A DNA stretch of 41,197 bases from Caulobacteraceae bacterium (lineage in GTDB: Bacteria > Pseudomonadota > Alphaproteobacteria > Caulobacterales > Caulobacteraceae), in the NCBI GenBank assembly GCA_040380105.1, contig JBEIJS010000001.1:1-41197 (forward strand), in the 5' to 3' direction. The position numbers were made by a program, and so were the translations under genes. Position 1 is the stretch's first letter. Each line of letters opens with the position of its first letter. The notes under the pieces are model-generated. The model was not told where the DNA came from, searched no databases, and saw nothing but the letters and a program-made list of their open reading frames with translations. Positions 18,400 through 29,984 of the stretch are shown piece after piece.

Positions 18400-19638
18400 G
18401 TGGTGCGCAAGATTACCCTCGAATTCCTCAAGACCGAGGCCGCCTCGGGCATGCTGCTGGGCGTCGCGGCCCTCATGGCCCTGATCGTCGCCAACTCGCC
18501 CCTGGCCCCCGGCTATTTCGGCTGGCTGAAGAGCGAACACATCCTCCAGGTCGGGCCGCTGATCCTCCAGCTGACGATCTCGGACTGGATCAAGGAAGGC
18601 CTGATGGCGGTCTTCTTCCTCGTGGTGGGGCTGGAGATCAAATATGAGATCCTCAGGGGCGAGCTCAGCGATCCACGCAAACTGGCCATGCCGGTGCTGG
18701 CGGCGGTGGGCGGCATGGTCGGGCCCGCGGCGGTCTATCTGGCTGTTTCCGGCCTGTTGAACGGACCGCAGGGCGGCTGGCCGATCCCGCTGGCGACCGA
18801 CATCGCCTTCGCCCTGGCGGTCTTCGCCGTCGCGGCGCGCGGGCTGCCGTCGTCCTTGCGGGTCTTCCTGCTGACCCTGGCCATTGTCGATGACCTCGGG
18901 GCCATCGCCCTGATCGCCGTCCTGTTTTCCAGCGGCGTCGACTGGCTGCCGCTGGCCTGGGTCGTGGGTCTGCTGGCCGTGGGCGGGTGGTTCGCGAGAG
19001 GGCGGCGGATCCCGGCGCCCTTCTGGGTCCTGGGTTTCGGGCTCGTCTGGTACCTGACCGTCCTGGCCGGCCTGTCCACCTCCCTGACGGCGGTGGCCTT
19101 TGCCCTGATCGTGCCCGTCGGCCACCGGACCGAGGACGGCCAGAGCCCGCTGCAGGAGGCGATGCACGATCTGCACCCCTATGTCGCCTGGCTGGTCCTG
19201 CCCCTGTTCGCCTTCGCCAAGGCCGGGGTCTCCTTCACCGGCCTGTCGATGGAGCAGGTCTTCGCCCCCCTGGTGCTCGCCCTCACCCTCGGCCTCTTCC
19301 TCGGCAAACAGATCGGCGTCTTCGGCGCCGCCTGGCTCGCCTCGACCCTGAAGATCGGTCGTCCCCCGACCGGGGCCACCTGGCTCGAGCTCTACGGGGT
19401 CAGCCTGCTCTGCGGGGTCGGGTTCACCATGAGCCTGTTCATCGGTGTCCTGGCGTTTCCGGGCACCATCGACTCGCCGGAGCAGGTCGCGGTCAAGCTG
19501 GGGGTGCTGGGCGGATCCGTCCTGTCGGCGATATTCGGGGCCGCGGTTCTCGCCGTGGCGACGCGCCGACGCCGGATTCGGGCAGGGGCGGGCACAGGGC
19601 CCCACACCGGTCAGGCGAATATTGACCTCACGTCATAG
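18400..19638 (+). CDS. nhaA: Na+(Li+)/H+ antiporter NhaA
   Basis: GLEIKYE, ATDIAFAL, LAIVDDLGAI, CGVGFTMSLFI. Confidence 0.96.
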   Translation: MVRKITLEFLKTEAASGMLLGVAALMALIVANSPLAPGYFGWLKSEHILQVGPLILQLTISDWIKEGLMAVFFLVVGLEIKYEILRGELSDPRKLAMPVLAAVGGMVGPAAVYLAVSGLLNGPQGGWPIPLATDIAFALAVFAVAARGLPSSLRVFLLTLAIVDDLGAIALIAVLFSSGVDWLPLAWVVGLLAVGGWFARGRRIPAPFWVLGFGLVWYLTVLAGLSTSLTAVAFALIVPVGHRTEDGQSPLQEAMHDLHPYVAWLVLPLFAFAKAGVSFTGLSMEQVFAPLVLALTLGLFLGKQIGVFGAAWLASTLKIGRPPTGATWLELYGVSLLCGVGFTMSLFIGVLAFPGTIDSPEQVAVKLGVLGGSVLSAIFGAAVLAVATRRRRIRAGAGTGPHTGQANIDLTS

Positions 19639-19840
19639 GTTTTTGTCGCTTTTGCGTCACAGTCCGGCATCCGCCGTGGCGGAATAGTGGCGCGGGGGGC
19701 CACGGAAGCTTGTCGCTGAGTCCGCCTTCGATTACCGAAAAGGCTGGACTTACCGCGTTCCACAGAAGGGCGCGGCTCAGGGATCAGGAACCGCCACGGT
19801 TGCCGTAAACACGGAGCCGGGCCCATGTCGGGGAGCTACA

Positions 19841-22441
19841 ATGCGCCTTACCAACCTTCTTCGTACCACCGTCTCCGCCGCTGTTGTCGGGGCCTGTGCC
19901 TTCGGCTTCGCCGGTGCCGCGTCCGCCCAGGATGCCGGCCAGGGCAGCCCGCAGACCATCGACGACATCATCGTCACCGCCCAGAAGCGTGAGCAGAACC
20001 TTCAGGACGTGCCGATCGTGGTCACCAGCCTGTCGGCCGAGACGCTGCAGGACGCCGGCGTCCGCGACATCAAGGACCTGCAGATCCTGACGCCGGGCAT
20101 GACGGTCACCTCGACCTCGTCGGAAGCCTCGACCACCGCCCGCATCCGCGGCGTCGGTACGGTGGGTGACAACCCCGGTCTGGAAAGCTCGGTCGGCGTG
20201 GTCATCGACGGCGTCTATCGCTCGCGCAACTCGGTCGGCTTCGGCGACCTGGGCGAAATGAGCCGTATCGAGGTCCTGAAGGGCCCGCAGGGCACGCTGT
20301 TCGGCAAGAACACCTCGGCCGGCGTCATCAACATCATCACCGAGGCCCCGTCGTTCACGCCGGAGTTCAACGCCGAACTCAACGTCGGCAACTACGGTGC
20401 CATGGGCGCTTCGGGTTCGGTCACCGGCCCGATCAGCGACACCCTGGCCTTCCGCCTGTACGCCAGCCGCCGCGTCCGTGACGGCTTCATGACCATCGAC
20501 ACCGGTGACGGCCCGCGTCCCGAGGTTGACGACAACAACCAGGACTTCGGCACCGTTCGTGGCCAGCTGCTGTGGCTGCCCAGCGACAACGTCTCCTTCC
20601 GCCTGATCGGCGACTTCTCGCGCCGTGACGAATACTGCTGCGTCGGCACGCAGATCCGGACCGCCAACACCTATCCCTTCATCGACGGACTCTCGAACGG
20701 CACCGGCCAGCGTCCGCCGGCCGCCGGCAACGGCCCGCTGCCCTTCCTGCGCACCGGCTATGCCAACCGCTCGTCCTACCAGGAAGTCACCGATCGCGGC
20801 GTCTCGCTCGAGACCACGATCGACATTCCGGCCATCAACGGCTCCCTGACCTCGGTCACCTCGTGGCGTGAGTGGGAGTCCACCCTCGGCCAGGACGTCG
20901 ACTACACCGGTGCCGACATCGCCTATCGCCTCAACGACGGCGACTATGGCTTCACGGTCGACAACCTGACCCAGGAAATCCGCCTGGCCGGCTCCAACGA
21001 CAGCTTCGACTGGCTGGTCGGCTTCTTCGCCACCTCGGAAGAGGTCGGCCGCACGGACAGCTGGTATTTCGGTGCCGACTACACGCCCTTCCTGTCGTTC
21101 CTGCTGAGCGCCAGCCTGAACGCCGCCAACCCGGCCCTGCCGATCAGCCCGAGCACCATCGGCTGCTACACGCGTTCTGCCCAGACGGCTGTCGGCTTCG
21201 GTCAGTGCCTCGGCACCGGCGGTGCCGTATCCGGCGGCGGTGCCGGCTTCACGGTCGGCCAGGGCTATGAGGACGTCTACGACCAGGACTCGACCTCCTA
21301 CGCGCTGTTCACCAACAACACCTGGCACGTCACCGAGCAGTTCGACATCACCCTGGGCCTTCGCTACACCATGGATGAGAAGAAGCTGCAGGGTCTGCAG
21401 CGCAACACGAACGGCAACGGCGGTGCCTGCTCGGCTGCCCTCGGCAACTCGGCCGCCATCGGTGCTGTCCTCGGTGCTTCGACCTCCTCGCTGCTGGGCC
21501 GCTTCTGCCTGCCCTGGTCGAACTCGGCCTTCAACAACCGCGGCGTCTCCGAGAGCTTCGACGACGGTGAGCTGAGCGGCACGGTCAAGGCTGCCTTCCG
21601 CCTGAACCCCTCGATCCTGACCTATGTGTCGTATGCCCGCGGCTACAAGAGCTTCGGCTACAACCTGGACCGCGTGCAGACGGGCATCACGCCCAATGCC
21701 TCGCTGCTCTTCCCGTCGGAAGTGGTCGACAGCTACGAAGCCGGCGTGAAGATGACGCTGGCGGATCGCACCCTGCTGCTGAACGCCACCTATTTCGACC
21801 AGACGTTCGAGGACTTCCAGCTCAACACCTTCCTCGGCACCGCCTTCGTGGTGGAGTCGATCCCCGAGCTGACCTCGCGCGGCGTCGATGCCGACATGGT
21901 CTGGTTCACCCCGGTCGAGGGCCTGAGCTTCCAGGGCGGCGTGACCTACACCGACGCCCAGTACGGCGCCTTCACCGCGGCTGACCTGTCCAACCCGGGC
22001 AACTTCGGACAGCTTTCGCTGCTGCCGGGTGCCCGTGCCTCGTTCGCACCGGAATGGTCGGCCACCGGCTCGATCAACTTCGATCGCAACGTCGGCAACG
22101 GTCTCCGCGCGGGCTTCAGCGTCGCGGCCAAATACATGGACGACTACAACACCGGCTCTGACCTGCTGCCCTACAAGCTGCAGGAAGCCTTCACGACCTT
22201 GAACGGCCGCATCCACCTGGGTGCCGAGGACGAGCGTTGGACGGCCGAGTTCTGGGTCCAGAACCTGACCGACGAAGACTACATCCAGGTCGCCTATAAC
22301 GCCCCGCTGCAAGGCGCGGCGTTCCAGGGGACGGTCCAGCCGAACGGCACCTTCTTCAACCCGGCGCTGGACAGCCAGACCTACGACGCCTTCCTGGGCC
22401 AGCCGCGCACCTACGGCGCGACCCTGCGCCTTAAATACTAG
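19841..22441 (+). CDS. TonB-dependent outer-membrane receptor
   Basis: Signal peptide, DIIVTAQKR, RIEVLKGPQGTLFG, C-terminal PRTYGATLRLKY. Confidence 0.96.
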   Translation: MRLTNLLRTTVSAAVVGACAFGFAGAASAQDAGQGSPQTIDDIIVTAQKREQNLQDVPIVVTSLSAETLQDAGVRDIKDLQILTPGMTVTSTSSEASTTARIRGVGTVGDNPGLESSVGVVIDGVYRSRNSVGFGDLGEMSRIEVLKGPQGTLFGKNTSAGVINIITEAPSFTPEFNAELNVGNYGAMGASGSVTGPISDTLAFRLYASRRVRDGFMTIDTGDGPRPEVDDNNQDFGTVRGQLLWLPSDNVSFRLIGDFSRRDEYCCVGTQIRTANTYPFIDGLSNGTGQRPPAAGNGPLPFLRTGYANRSSYQEVTDRGVSLETTIDIPAINGSLTSVTSWREWESTLGQDVDYTGADIAYRLNDGDYGFTVDNLTQEIRLAGSNDSFDWLVGFFATSEEVGRTDSWYFGADYTPFLSFLLSASLNAANPALPISPSTIGCYTRSAQTAVGFGQCLGTGGAVSGGGAGFTVGQGYEDVYDQDSTSYALFTNNTWHVTEQFDITLGLRYTMDEKKLQGLQRNTNGNGGACSAALGNSAAIGAVLGASTSSLLGRFCLPWSNSAFNNRGVSESFDDGELSGTVKAAFRLNPSILTYVSYARGYKSFGYNLDRVQTGITPNASLLFPSEVVDSYEAGVKMTLADRTLLLNATYFDQTFEDFQLNTFLGTAFVVESIPELTSRGVDADMVWFTPVEGLSFQGGVTYTDAQYGAFTAADLSNPGNFGQLSLLPGARASFAPEWSATGSINFDRNVGNGLRAGFSVAAKYMDDYNTGSDLLPYKLQEAFTTLNGRIHLGAEDERWTAEFWVQNLTDEDYIQVAYNAPLQGAAFQGTVQPNGTFFNPALDSQTYDAFLGQPRTYGATLRLKY

Positions 22442-22471
22442 GACCGCCTCGCCGCAAGGCGGGTCGAACCA

Positions 22472-22505
22472 GCCGGCCGGGGGAAACCCCGGCCGGTTTT
22501 GTTTT
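22472..22505 (+). terminator. Rho-independent terminator of the receptor gene
   Basis: GCCGGCCGGGG-GAAA-CCCCGGCCGGT followed by TTTGTTTT. Confidence 0.85.
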
Positions 22506-22620
22506 GGGCATGCTTGCGGTGCGCAATGTCCCCCCGGAGGTCCCGCAACCGGCGATCAGGCGGCCGCGACCGACCCCATCCTTCGTCGCCTGAGGGGCCC
22601 CGCCGTCCCCTTCTACGGAT

Positions 22621-22820
22621 GGTGCATCACAACGGGCACAACGAAGGCCACAACGATCACAGCGGGTTCTGTGAGGAGGAGGTCCGGACGGCCCCCCTTC
22701 GGCTCCGATCCATGCGGCGTAAGCCGCGATCTCAAGAGAGCCCGGTACGATATCGACGCCGGCACGGCTCTGGTCCCGTCGTGTCCTTTGTGGCCTTCGT
22801 TGTGCCCGTTGTGATGAGCC
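22621..22820. repeat. ~200-bp miniature inverted-repeat element, copy B
   Basis: Perfect 29-bp inverted repeat 22625-22653/22788-22816; core homologous to 5112-5310. Confidence 0.9.
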
Positions 22821-22863
22821 TTCCGGCCGCCGCCTTCAGGCCATGCGGCTGTGCCGGCCACGG

Positions 22864-22895
22864 AAAAGGGGCGGCAACCTCACGATCACCGCCCC
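22864..22895 (-). terminator. Probable terminator of the RND operon
   Basis: GGGGCGG...CCGCCCC stem followed by TTTT on the minus strand. Confidence 0.55.
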
Positions 22896-22929
22896 CTTCG
22901 TCGATCCCTCGATCCGGCCTCCTGGACCG

Positions 22930-25900
22930 CTACTCCGCCGGCTGGTTCCCGGCCTCGTCCATGTCACGTTGACCCTGGAACATCCGGCCCAGCCGCCGCT
23001 CCAGCCGGGTCTTGACCCCGTCAACCAAGCTGAACACGACCGGCACGAACAGCAGGCTCAGGCCGGTCGAGGTAATCAGCCCGCCGATCACCGCCACGGC
23101 CATGGGCGAACGGAAGGCGGTGCCTTCCCCGATCGCCGCCGCGATGGGCAGCATCCCCAGCCCCATGGCCATGGTCGTCATGATGATCGGCCGCGCCCGC
23201 TTGTGGGCGGCGTCCATCAGGGCGTCCCGGCGGTTCATGCCCTGTCTCATGGCGATGATGGCATAGTCGACCAGCAGGATGGAGTTCTTGGCCGCGATCC
23301 CGGTCAGCATGATGATGCCGATCAGGGCCGGCATCGACAGCGACTTGCCGGTGATCAGCAGGGCCAGGAAGGCTCCGCCGAACGACACCGGAAGGGCCGC
23401 GAGGATGACGACCGGATGGAAGAAGCTGCCGAACAGCAGCACCAGCACCACATACATCAGCAGGATGCCGGTCACGATGGCGAAGCCGAAGCCGGTCGCC
23501 AGTTCCTGATTGCTTTCGGCATCGCCGGTCAGTTGCTGTGTCACGCCTTCCGGCAGGTTCTGCATGGAGGGCAGGGCATCGACCGCCTCGGTCGCGACGC
23601 TGAGCGGCACCCCGGCCAGTTCGGCGGAAATGGTGGCCACGCGGCGGCGGTCCAGCCGTTCGATCTGGTTGGGTCCCGCCCCGAAGCTGATGTCCGCGAC
23701 CGCCGAAAGCGGAACGGTCCCGCCGGATGCCGTCGGCACCTGCAGGTTCTCGATCACGCCCAGCTGGCTGCGAGCCTCCTCGGCCAGCATCACCCGGATC
23801 GGGATCTGGCGGTCACCGAGGTTGAATTTGGGCAGCAGCTGGTCAGCATCGCCCAGGGTGGCGACGCGGGCGGCCTGGCTGATCGCTCCCGCAGACACAC
23901 CCTGGAGCGCCGCGACATCCGGTTTCGGTCGGATCAGGATTTCCGGCCTGACCAGGGCGGATGACGAGGACACATTGGCCAGTTCCGGCAAGGCGCGCAT
24001 CTCGCGCTCCACCCGGGCCGCCGCGTCTTCCAGCTGGCGCGGATTGTCGCTGACCAGTGCAATGCTCATCAGGCCGCCGCCGCTGCCGCCGGCTCCAAAC
24101 TGGATCCGGGCCCCGGGGATCGATTTCAGCTCACGACCGATTTCCTGTTCGAACTCTTGCTGGCTGAGCCTGCGGTCCCAGCGGCTGACCAGATTGATGG
24201 TCATGTTCGCCCGGCGGACCTCTGCCGCCCCGCCGCCGCCGCCGGGGCCGAAGCTGACCGTCGCCGAGCCGATGGACGAGAAGACCGAGTCGACCTCAGG
24301 CCGCGCCCGAAGGATCTCCGTCACCTGACGAACAGCCTCGTCGGTCTGCTCCAGTGTGGTGCCCGGTGCCAGTTCGACTGTCGCACTGGAGCGCGAGATG
24401 TCCTCCACCGGAATGAATTCACCGGGCAGTTTGGACGCCAGCACCAGGGAGCCGACGAAGAAGGCCAGACCCATACCCATGACCCACAGCCGGTGGTCCC
24501 TGAGCCGGAAAATGACCCGCCGCCGGAACCAGCCGCCGCGACCCGCAGCCCGGTCGGCGACCAGCCGCGGGTCCGTCGACGAGGACAGGCACCAGCTCAG
24601 GGCGGCGAGGAAGGGCTTCATCCATTTGGGATCGGGGTGTTCCTTGCCCTGGTCGCGTTTGAGCAGATAGGCCCCCATCAGGGGCGTGATCGTTCGGGCG
24701 ACGACGAGGGAGAAGCCGACGCTCACACAGGTGGCGATGGCGAAGGATTTGAAGAACTGACCGACCACGCCGGGCATGAAGCCCGTCGGGGCAAACACGG
24801 CGACCAGCGTAGCCGTGGTGGCGATCACGGCCAGGCCGATCTCATCCGCAGCCTCTATGGCGGCAGGGTAGGGGGCCTTGCCGTCGCGGATGTGGCGGAC
24901 GATGTTCTCGATCTCGACGATGGCGTCATCCACCAGAATGCCGACCGTCAGCGACAGGGCCAGCAGGGTCACGACATTCAGCGACTGGTTGGTCAGGTCC
25001 ATGATCCAGAAGGTCGGGATCAGGGACAGCGGCATGGCGACGGCCGTGATGAAGGTCGCGCGCCAGTCCCGCAGGAAGATGAACACCACGGCGATGGCCA
25101 GCAGCGCGCCCAGCAGCAGGGCCTCGACCGAGGCGTGGAAATTATTGATCACATCGGAGGTGATGTCCGACACCTTCTCGAAGGTGACGTCGGCGCGCTC
25201 GGCGTCCAGCGCCTCGATCGCCGCGATGGACTGGTGATAGACGTCGACCTCGGACGAACCGATGGAGCGCACCACGCCGAAACCGACGACTTCCTGACCG
25301 TTGAACCGGGCCCGACCGCGTTGTTCGGACCATTCGTCCACGACCTCGCCCAGATCGCCCAGCCGGACCGCCCGTCCATTGACCGGGATCAGGGTATCGG
25401 CCAGGGCCTCGACCGTCAGGGCCGAGCCGACGGTGCGGATGGCCTGTTCCTCGCCACCGATCTCGCCGCGGCCGCCGGGGAGGTTGGCATTGGAGGCACG
25501 CAGCTGTTGCGACACGGCTGCGGCCGTCACGCCCTGGGCGGCCAGCTTGCCCGGGTCCAGCTTGATGCGGATCTCGCGGCTGACGCCGCCGTCGCGATTG
25601 ATCTGGCTGACGCCCTTCACCAGCAGCAGGCGTTTGGAGACCGTATTGTCGACGAACCAGCTCAGTTCCTCAGGACTCATGCCGGGTGCGCGCACCACAT
25701 AGTTCAGAATGGCCTGACCGGTGAATTCGATCCTCTGAACGACGGGTTCCTGAACATCGGCGGGCAGGTCCTGGCGCACGGCAGCGACGGCGTTGCGCAC
25801 GTCATTGGTGGCCTTCTCCAGATCGACCCCCAGCTCGAACTCGACCATGGTGGTCGAGGCGCTGTCCGTGACGGTGGAGCTGATCTTCCTCACCCGCCCG

Positions 25901-26130
25901 AGGCCGGCCAGGGAGTCCTCCACCAGCCGCGTCACCTGGGTTTCCAGCTCGGTCGGAGCCGCCCCGGGCTGGACCACCGTGACCGCCACGATCGGCAGGT
26001 CGACGTCGGGGAAATTATTGGTTCTCAGATTGAAATAGCTGCTGATGCCCGCGATCGTCAGGACCACGAACAGCAGCACGACCGGAATCGGGTTCCGGAT
26101 CGACCATGAGGAGATGTTGTTCAGATTCAT
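22930..26130 (-). CDS. RND efflux transporter permease (AcrB/AcrD/AcrF family)
   Basis: GILVDDAIVEIENI, KNSILLVD, RARPIIMTT; 1066 aa. Confidence 0.96.
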   Translation of the reverse strand: MNLNNISSWSIRNPIPVVLLFVVLTIAGISSYFNLRTNNFPDVDLPIVAVTVVQPGAAPTELETQVTRLVEDSLAGLGRVRKISSTVTDSASTTMVEFELGVDLEKATNDVRNAVAAVRQDLPADVQEPVVQRIEFTGQAILNYVVRAPGMSPEELSWFVDNTVSKRLLLVKGVSQINRDGGVSREIRIKLDPGKLAAQGVTAAAVSQQLRASNANLPGGRGEIGGEEQAIRTVGSALTVEALADTLIPVNGRAVRLGDLGEVVDEWSEQRGRARFNGQEVVGFGVVRSIGSSEVDVYHQSIAAIEALDAERADVTFEKVSDITSDVINNFHASVEALLLGALLAIAVVFIFLRDWRATFITAVAMPLSLIPTFWIMDLTNQSLNVVTLLALSLTVGILVDDAIVEIENIVRHIRDGKAPYPAAIEAADEIGLAVIATTATLVAVFAPTGFMPGVVGQFFKSFAIATCVSVGFSLVVARTITPLMGAYLLKRDQGKEHPDPKWMKPFLAALSWCLSSSTDPRLVADRAAGRGGWFRRRVIFRLRDHRLWVMGMGLAFFVGSLVLASKLPGEFIPVEDISRSSATVELAPGTTLEQTDEAVRQVTEILRARPEVDSVFSSIGSATVSFGPGGGGGAAEVRRANMTINLVSRWDRRLSQQEFEQEIGRELKSIPGARIQFGAGGSGGGLMSIALVSDNPRQLEDAAARVEREMRALPELANVSSSSALVRPEILIRPKPDVAALQGVSAGAISQAARVATLGDADQLLPKFNLGDRQIPIRVMLAEEARSQLGVIENLQVPTASGGTVPLSAVADISFGAGPNQIERLDRRRVATISAELAGVPLSVATEAVDALPSMQNLPEGVTQQLTGDAESNQELATGFGFAIVTGILLMYVVLVLLFGSFFHPVVILAALPVSFGGAFLALLITGKSLSMPALIGIIMLTGIAAKNSILLVDYAIIAMRQGMNRRDALMDAAHKRARPIIMTTMAMGLGMLPIAAAIGEGTAFRSPMAVAVIGGLITSTGLSLLFVPVVFSLVDGVKTRLERRLGRMFQGQRDMDEAGNQPAE

Positions 26131-27263
26131 CGGCCGGGGGTCCCGGCCGGCGCGGCGGCGCGCGCGGCCCTTGCCGGAACCACCGTCACAACATCCCCTT
26201 CACCCAGGAAGCCGGCACCCTGGACCACCACCTGCTGGTTGGCTTCCAGACCGCTGACGACCTGAATCTGCGTTCCGTTCCGGACTCCCGTGGTGATCGG
26301 GTTGAAGCGCACGGCATTGCGGGCTCCGATCGTATAGACCCCGGCCTTGCCCTCGCGAAAAATGACGGCGTCGGACGGCACGACCACGGCAGGCTGGGGT
26401 CCCAGATCGATGGTCGCGCGCGCGAACATGCCGGGGCGCAGGCCGCTGCCCGGCGCCAGTGAGATACGCGCGATGCCCAGACGGGTCTGCGGATTGACCT
26501 CGGGGGTCACGATCCGGACGCTGCCGGTTGCCCCTGCGGCCTGTTCGGAGGTGATGGTCGCGGCCATACCCGAACGGACCAGCCGCAGTTCGGCCTCGGG
26601 AATCTCCGCGTCCAGCTCCAGCCTCCCGTCACGCACCATGCGGAACAGTTCCGAGCCCGGCTGGACGATCTGCCCCCGGGTCACGCTCCGGCTACTGATC
26701 ATGCCGGCCACCGGTGCCCGGATACCGGTCTGGTTCAGCCGGGTCCGGGTCTCGCTCAGCGCGGCCTGGGCGGACGACAGCTGCGCCCGTGCCGAGCGCT
26801 GGTTGGCAATGGCCGTATCGAGGGAGGCCTGGCTCAGGAAGCCGCGTCCACGAAGTTCCTCGGCCCGGACCAGGGCCGCGTCCTCACGCGCCGCATTGGC
26901 CTCGGCGCTGGCCACGCCGGCCTGCTGCTGGCGCAGCTGGGCCTGCAGGACCTCGTCGTTCAGCTTGACCAGCAACTGCCCCTGACGAACGTAGGTGCCC
27001 TCGTCGACATAGACGGCGATAGCCGTCAGGCCGCCGGTCTCGGCACCCACCGGCACCTCTTCCCAGGCGGACACCGTGCCCGACGCCGTCACGGTGCGTG
27101 GCTGGTTGATCAGGACGGCGGTTGCGGCGGTGACCGTCTGGCCCGCGCGCTGCGCCGCCGCGGCGTCCTTCTTGCCGGCCTCGTCGCCGCCGCAGGCCGC
27201 CAGGGTCAGGCCCATGGCCACCATGGCCGCACCGGCCAGACTTTTCCGCACAATGTTTGCCAC
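26127..27263 (-). CDS. RND periplasmic adaptor (membrane fusion) lipoprotein
   Basis: Lipobox LTLAAC, IRAPVAG, LRPGMFA; 4-nt overlap with the permease. Confidence 0.93.
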   Translation of the reverse strand: MANIVRKSLAGAAMVAMGLTLAACGGDEAGKKDAAAAQRAGQTVTAATAVLINQPRTVTASGTVSAWEEVPVGAETGGLTAIAVYVDEGTYVRQGQLLVKLNDEVLQAQLRQQQAGVASAEANAAREDAALVRAEELRGRGFLSQASLDTAIANQRSARAQLSSAQAALSETRTRLNQTGIRAPVAGMISSRSVTRGQIVQPGSELFRMVRDGRLELDAEIPEAELRLVRSGMAATITSEQAAGATGSVRIVTPEVNPQTRLGIARISLAPGSGLRPGMFARATIDLGPQPAVVVPSDAVIFREGKAGVYTIGARNAVRFNPITTGVRNGTQIQVVSGLEANQQVVVQGAGFLGEGDVVTVVPARAARAAAPAGTPGR

Positions 27264-27487
27264 GTCGGGTCCTCATGGACGCCGCGGAGGGGGAGCCGCG
27301 CGTCTCGTGTCCGGGTCGCCCGTCCCGGGCGCCCCTGTCATCAGCCGTTGAATAGCGGGTTCGCGGCGGCTTCTCAAACGCGAAAACAGCCCTTACGACG
27401 ATGTAATCGACCTCGACCGGTGCGCGAAATGCCTCGGGAGCGGCGCGCGCGTTGGCGATCCGGCCCTGCCGTGCTACCGGCGCGGCC

Positions 27488-29296
<1,809 letters not shown>

Positions 29297-29347
29297 TCGT
29301 CTGATCCCTCGATTTCGCCCCGGCCGCATTTGCGCTAGACTGTGGCC

Positions 29348-29575
29348 ATGAGCGAGCTCCTGACGCGCATTACCATCCGACCCGACCAGTGTGGCGGGCG
29401 CCCCTGCATCCGTGGCATGCGGATGAGGGTCAGCGACGTGCTGGGCATGCTGGCGGCCGGCGAGAGCGCGGCATCGATCCTGGAACATCATCCGGACCTC
29501 GAACCGGACGATATCAGCGCCTGCCTCGCCTATGCGGCGCGCGAGGTCGATCACGCGGTCATCCTCGCGGCGTGA
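29348..29575 (+). CDS. DUF433 family antitoxin
   Basis: ITIRPDQCGGRPCIRGMRMRV, HPDLEPDDISACLAYA. Confidence 0.9.
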   Translation: MSELLTRITIRPDQCGGRPCIRGMRMRVSDVLGMLAAGESAASILEHHPDLEPDDISACLAYAAREVDHAVILAA

Positions 29576-29901
29576 GGCTGATCATCGATCAGCAGTTGCC
29601 GCCGATACTGGCAGCGTGGTTTCGGGATCAGGGCGTCGACGCCTTCCACGTCCGCGAGCTTGATCTGACCGGCGCCGCAGATCTGGCGATCTGGGCGGAC
29701 GCCATGCGTGACGATGCCGTCGTCGTCAGCCGCGACGAGGATTTCGTAAAACTGCTCAGGGATCGCGGCGGTGCCCGTCTGGTCTGGATAAGGGTCGGCA
29801 ACTGCACCAATACGACCTTGCTGGCGATGATCGAGGCGAACTGGCCGGCGATCGAACAGCGGCTGTCCGACGGTGACAGGCTGATCGAATTGCGGTCGTG
29901 A
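29572..29901 (+). CDS. DUF5615 PIN-like toxin (VapC45 type)
   Basis: GTG 29572 overlaps the DUF433 stop; MRLIIDQQLP, ADLAIW, VVSRDEDF, WIRVGN. Confidence 0.87.
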   Translation: MRLIIDQQLPPILAAWFRDQGVDAFHVRELDLTGAADLAIWADAMRDDAVVVSRDEDFVKLLRDRGGARLVWIRVGNCTNTTLLAMIEANWPAIEQRLSDGDRLIELRS

Positions 29902-29984
29902 CGGCTCGCCCGCTGCCCACCCCCGATTGACGCCGCCCCCCCGCTCCCTTCATGTGACCGACCCTTCGATTCCGAGCCCGCCCC

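Noticed and set aside
16535-18484. 649-aa plus-strand ORF spanning a repeat and selO
   Set aside because: Starts next to and runs through a palindromic repeat and is antisense to selO; not protein-like.
19622-19661. TTGACCTCACGTCA (LiuR-like) and TGT-N12-ACA motifs upstream of the TonB receptor
   Set aside because: Spacing is off from the LiuR palindrome and TGT-N12-ACA is too degenerate to assign without comparative data.
19784-22312. 842-aa antisense ORF opposite the TonB receptor (likewise 27374..29554, 24157..26109, 13476..15221, 12209..13756, 9370..10923, 18046..19605)
   Set aside because: Shadow ORFs produced by high GC3 codon bias on the opposite strand of well-supported genes; no recognisable motifs.
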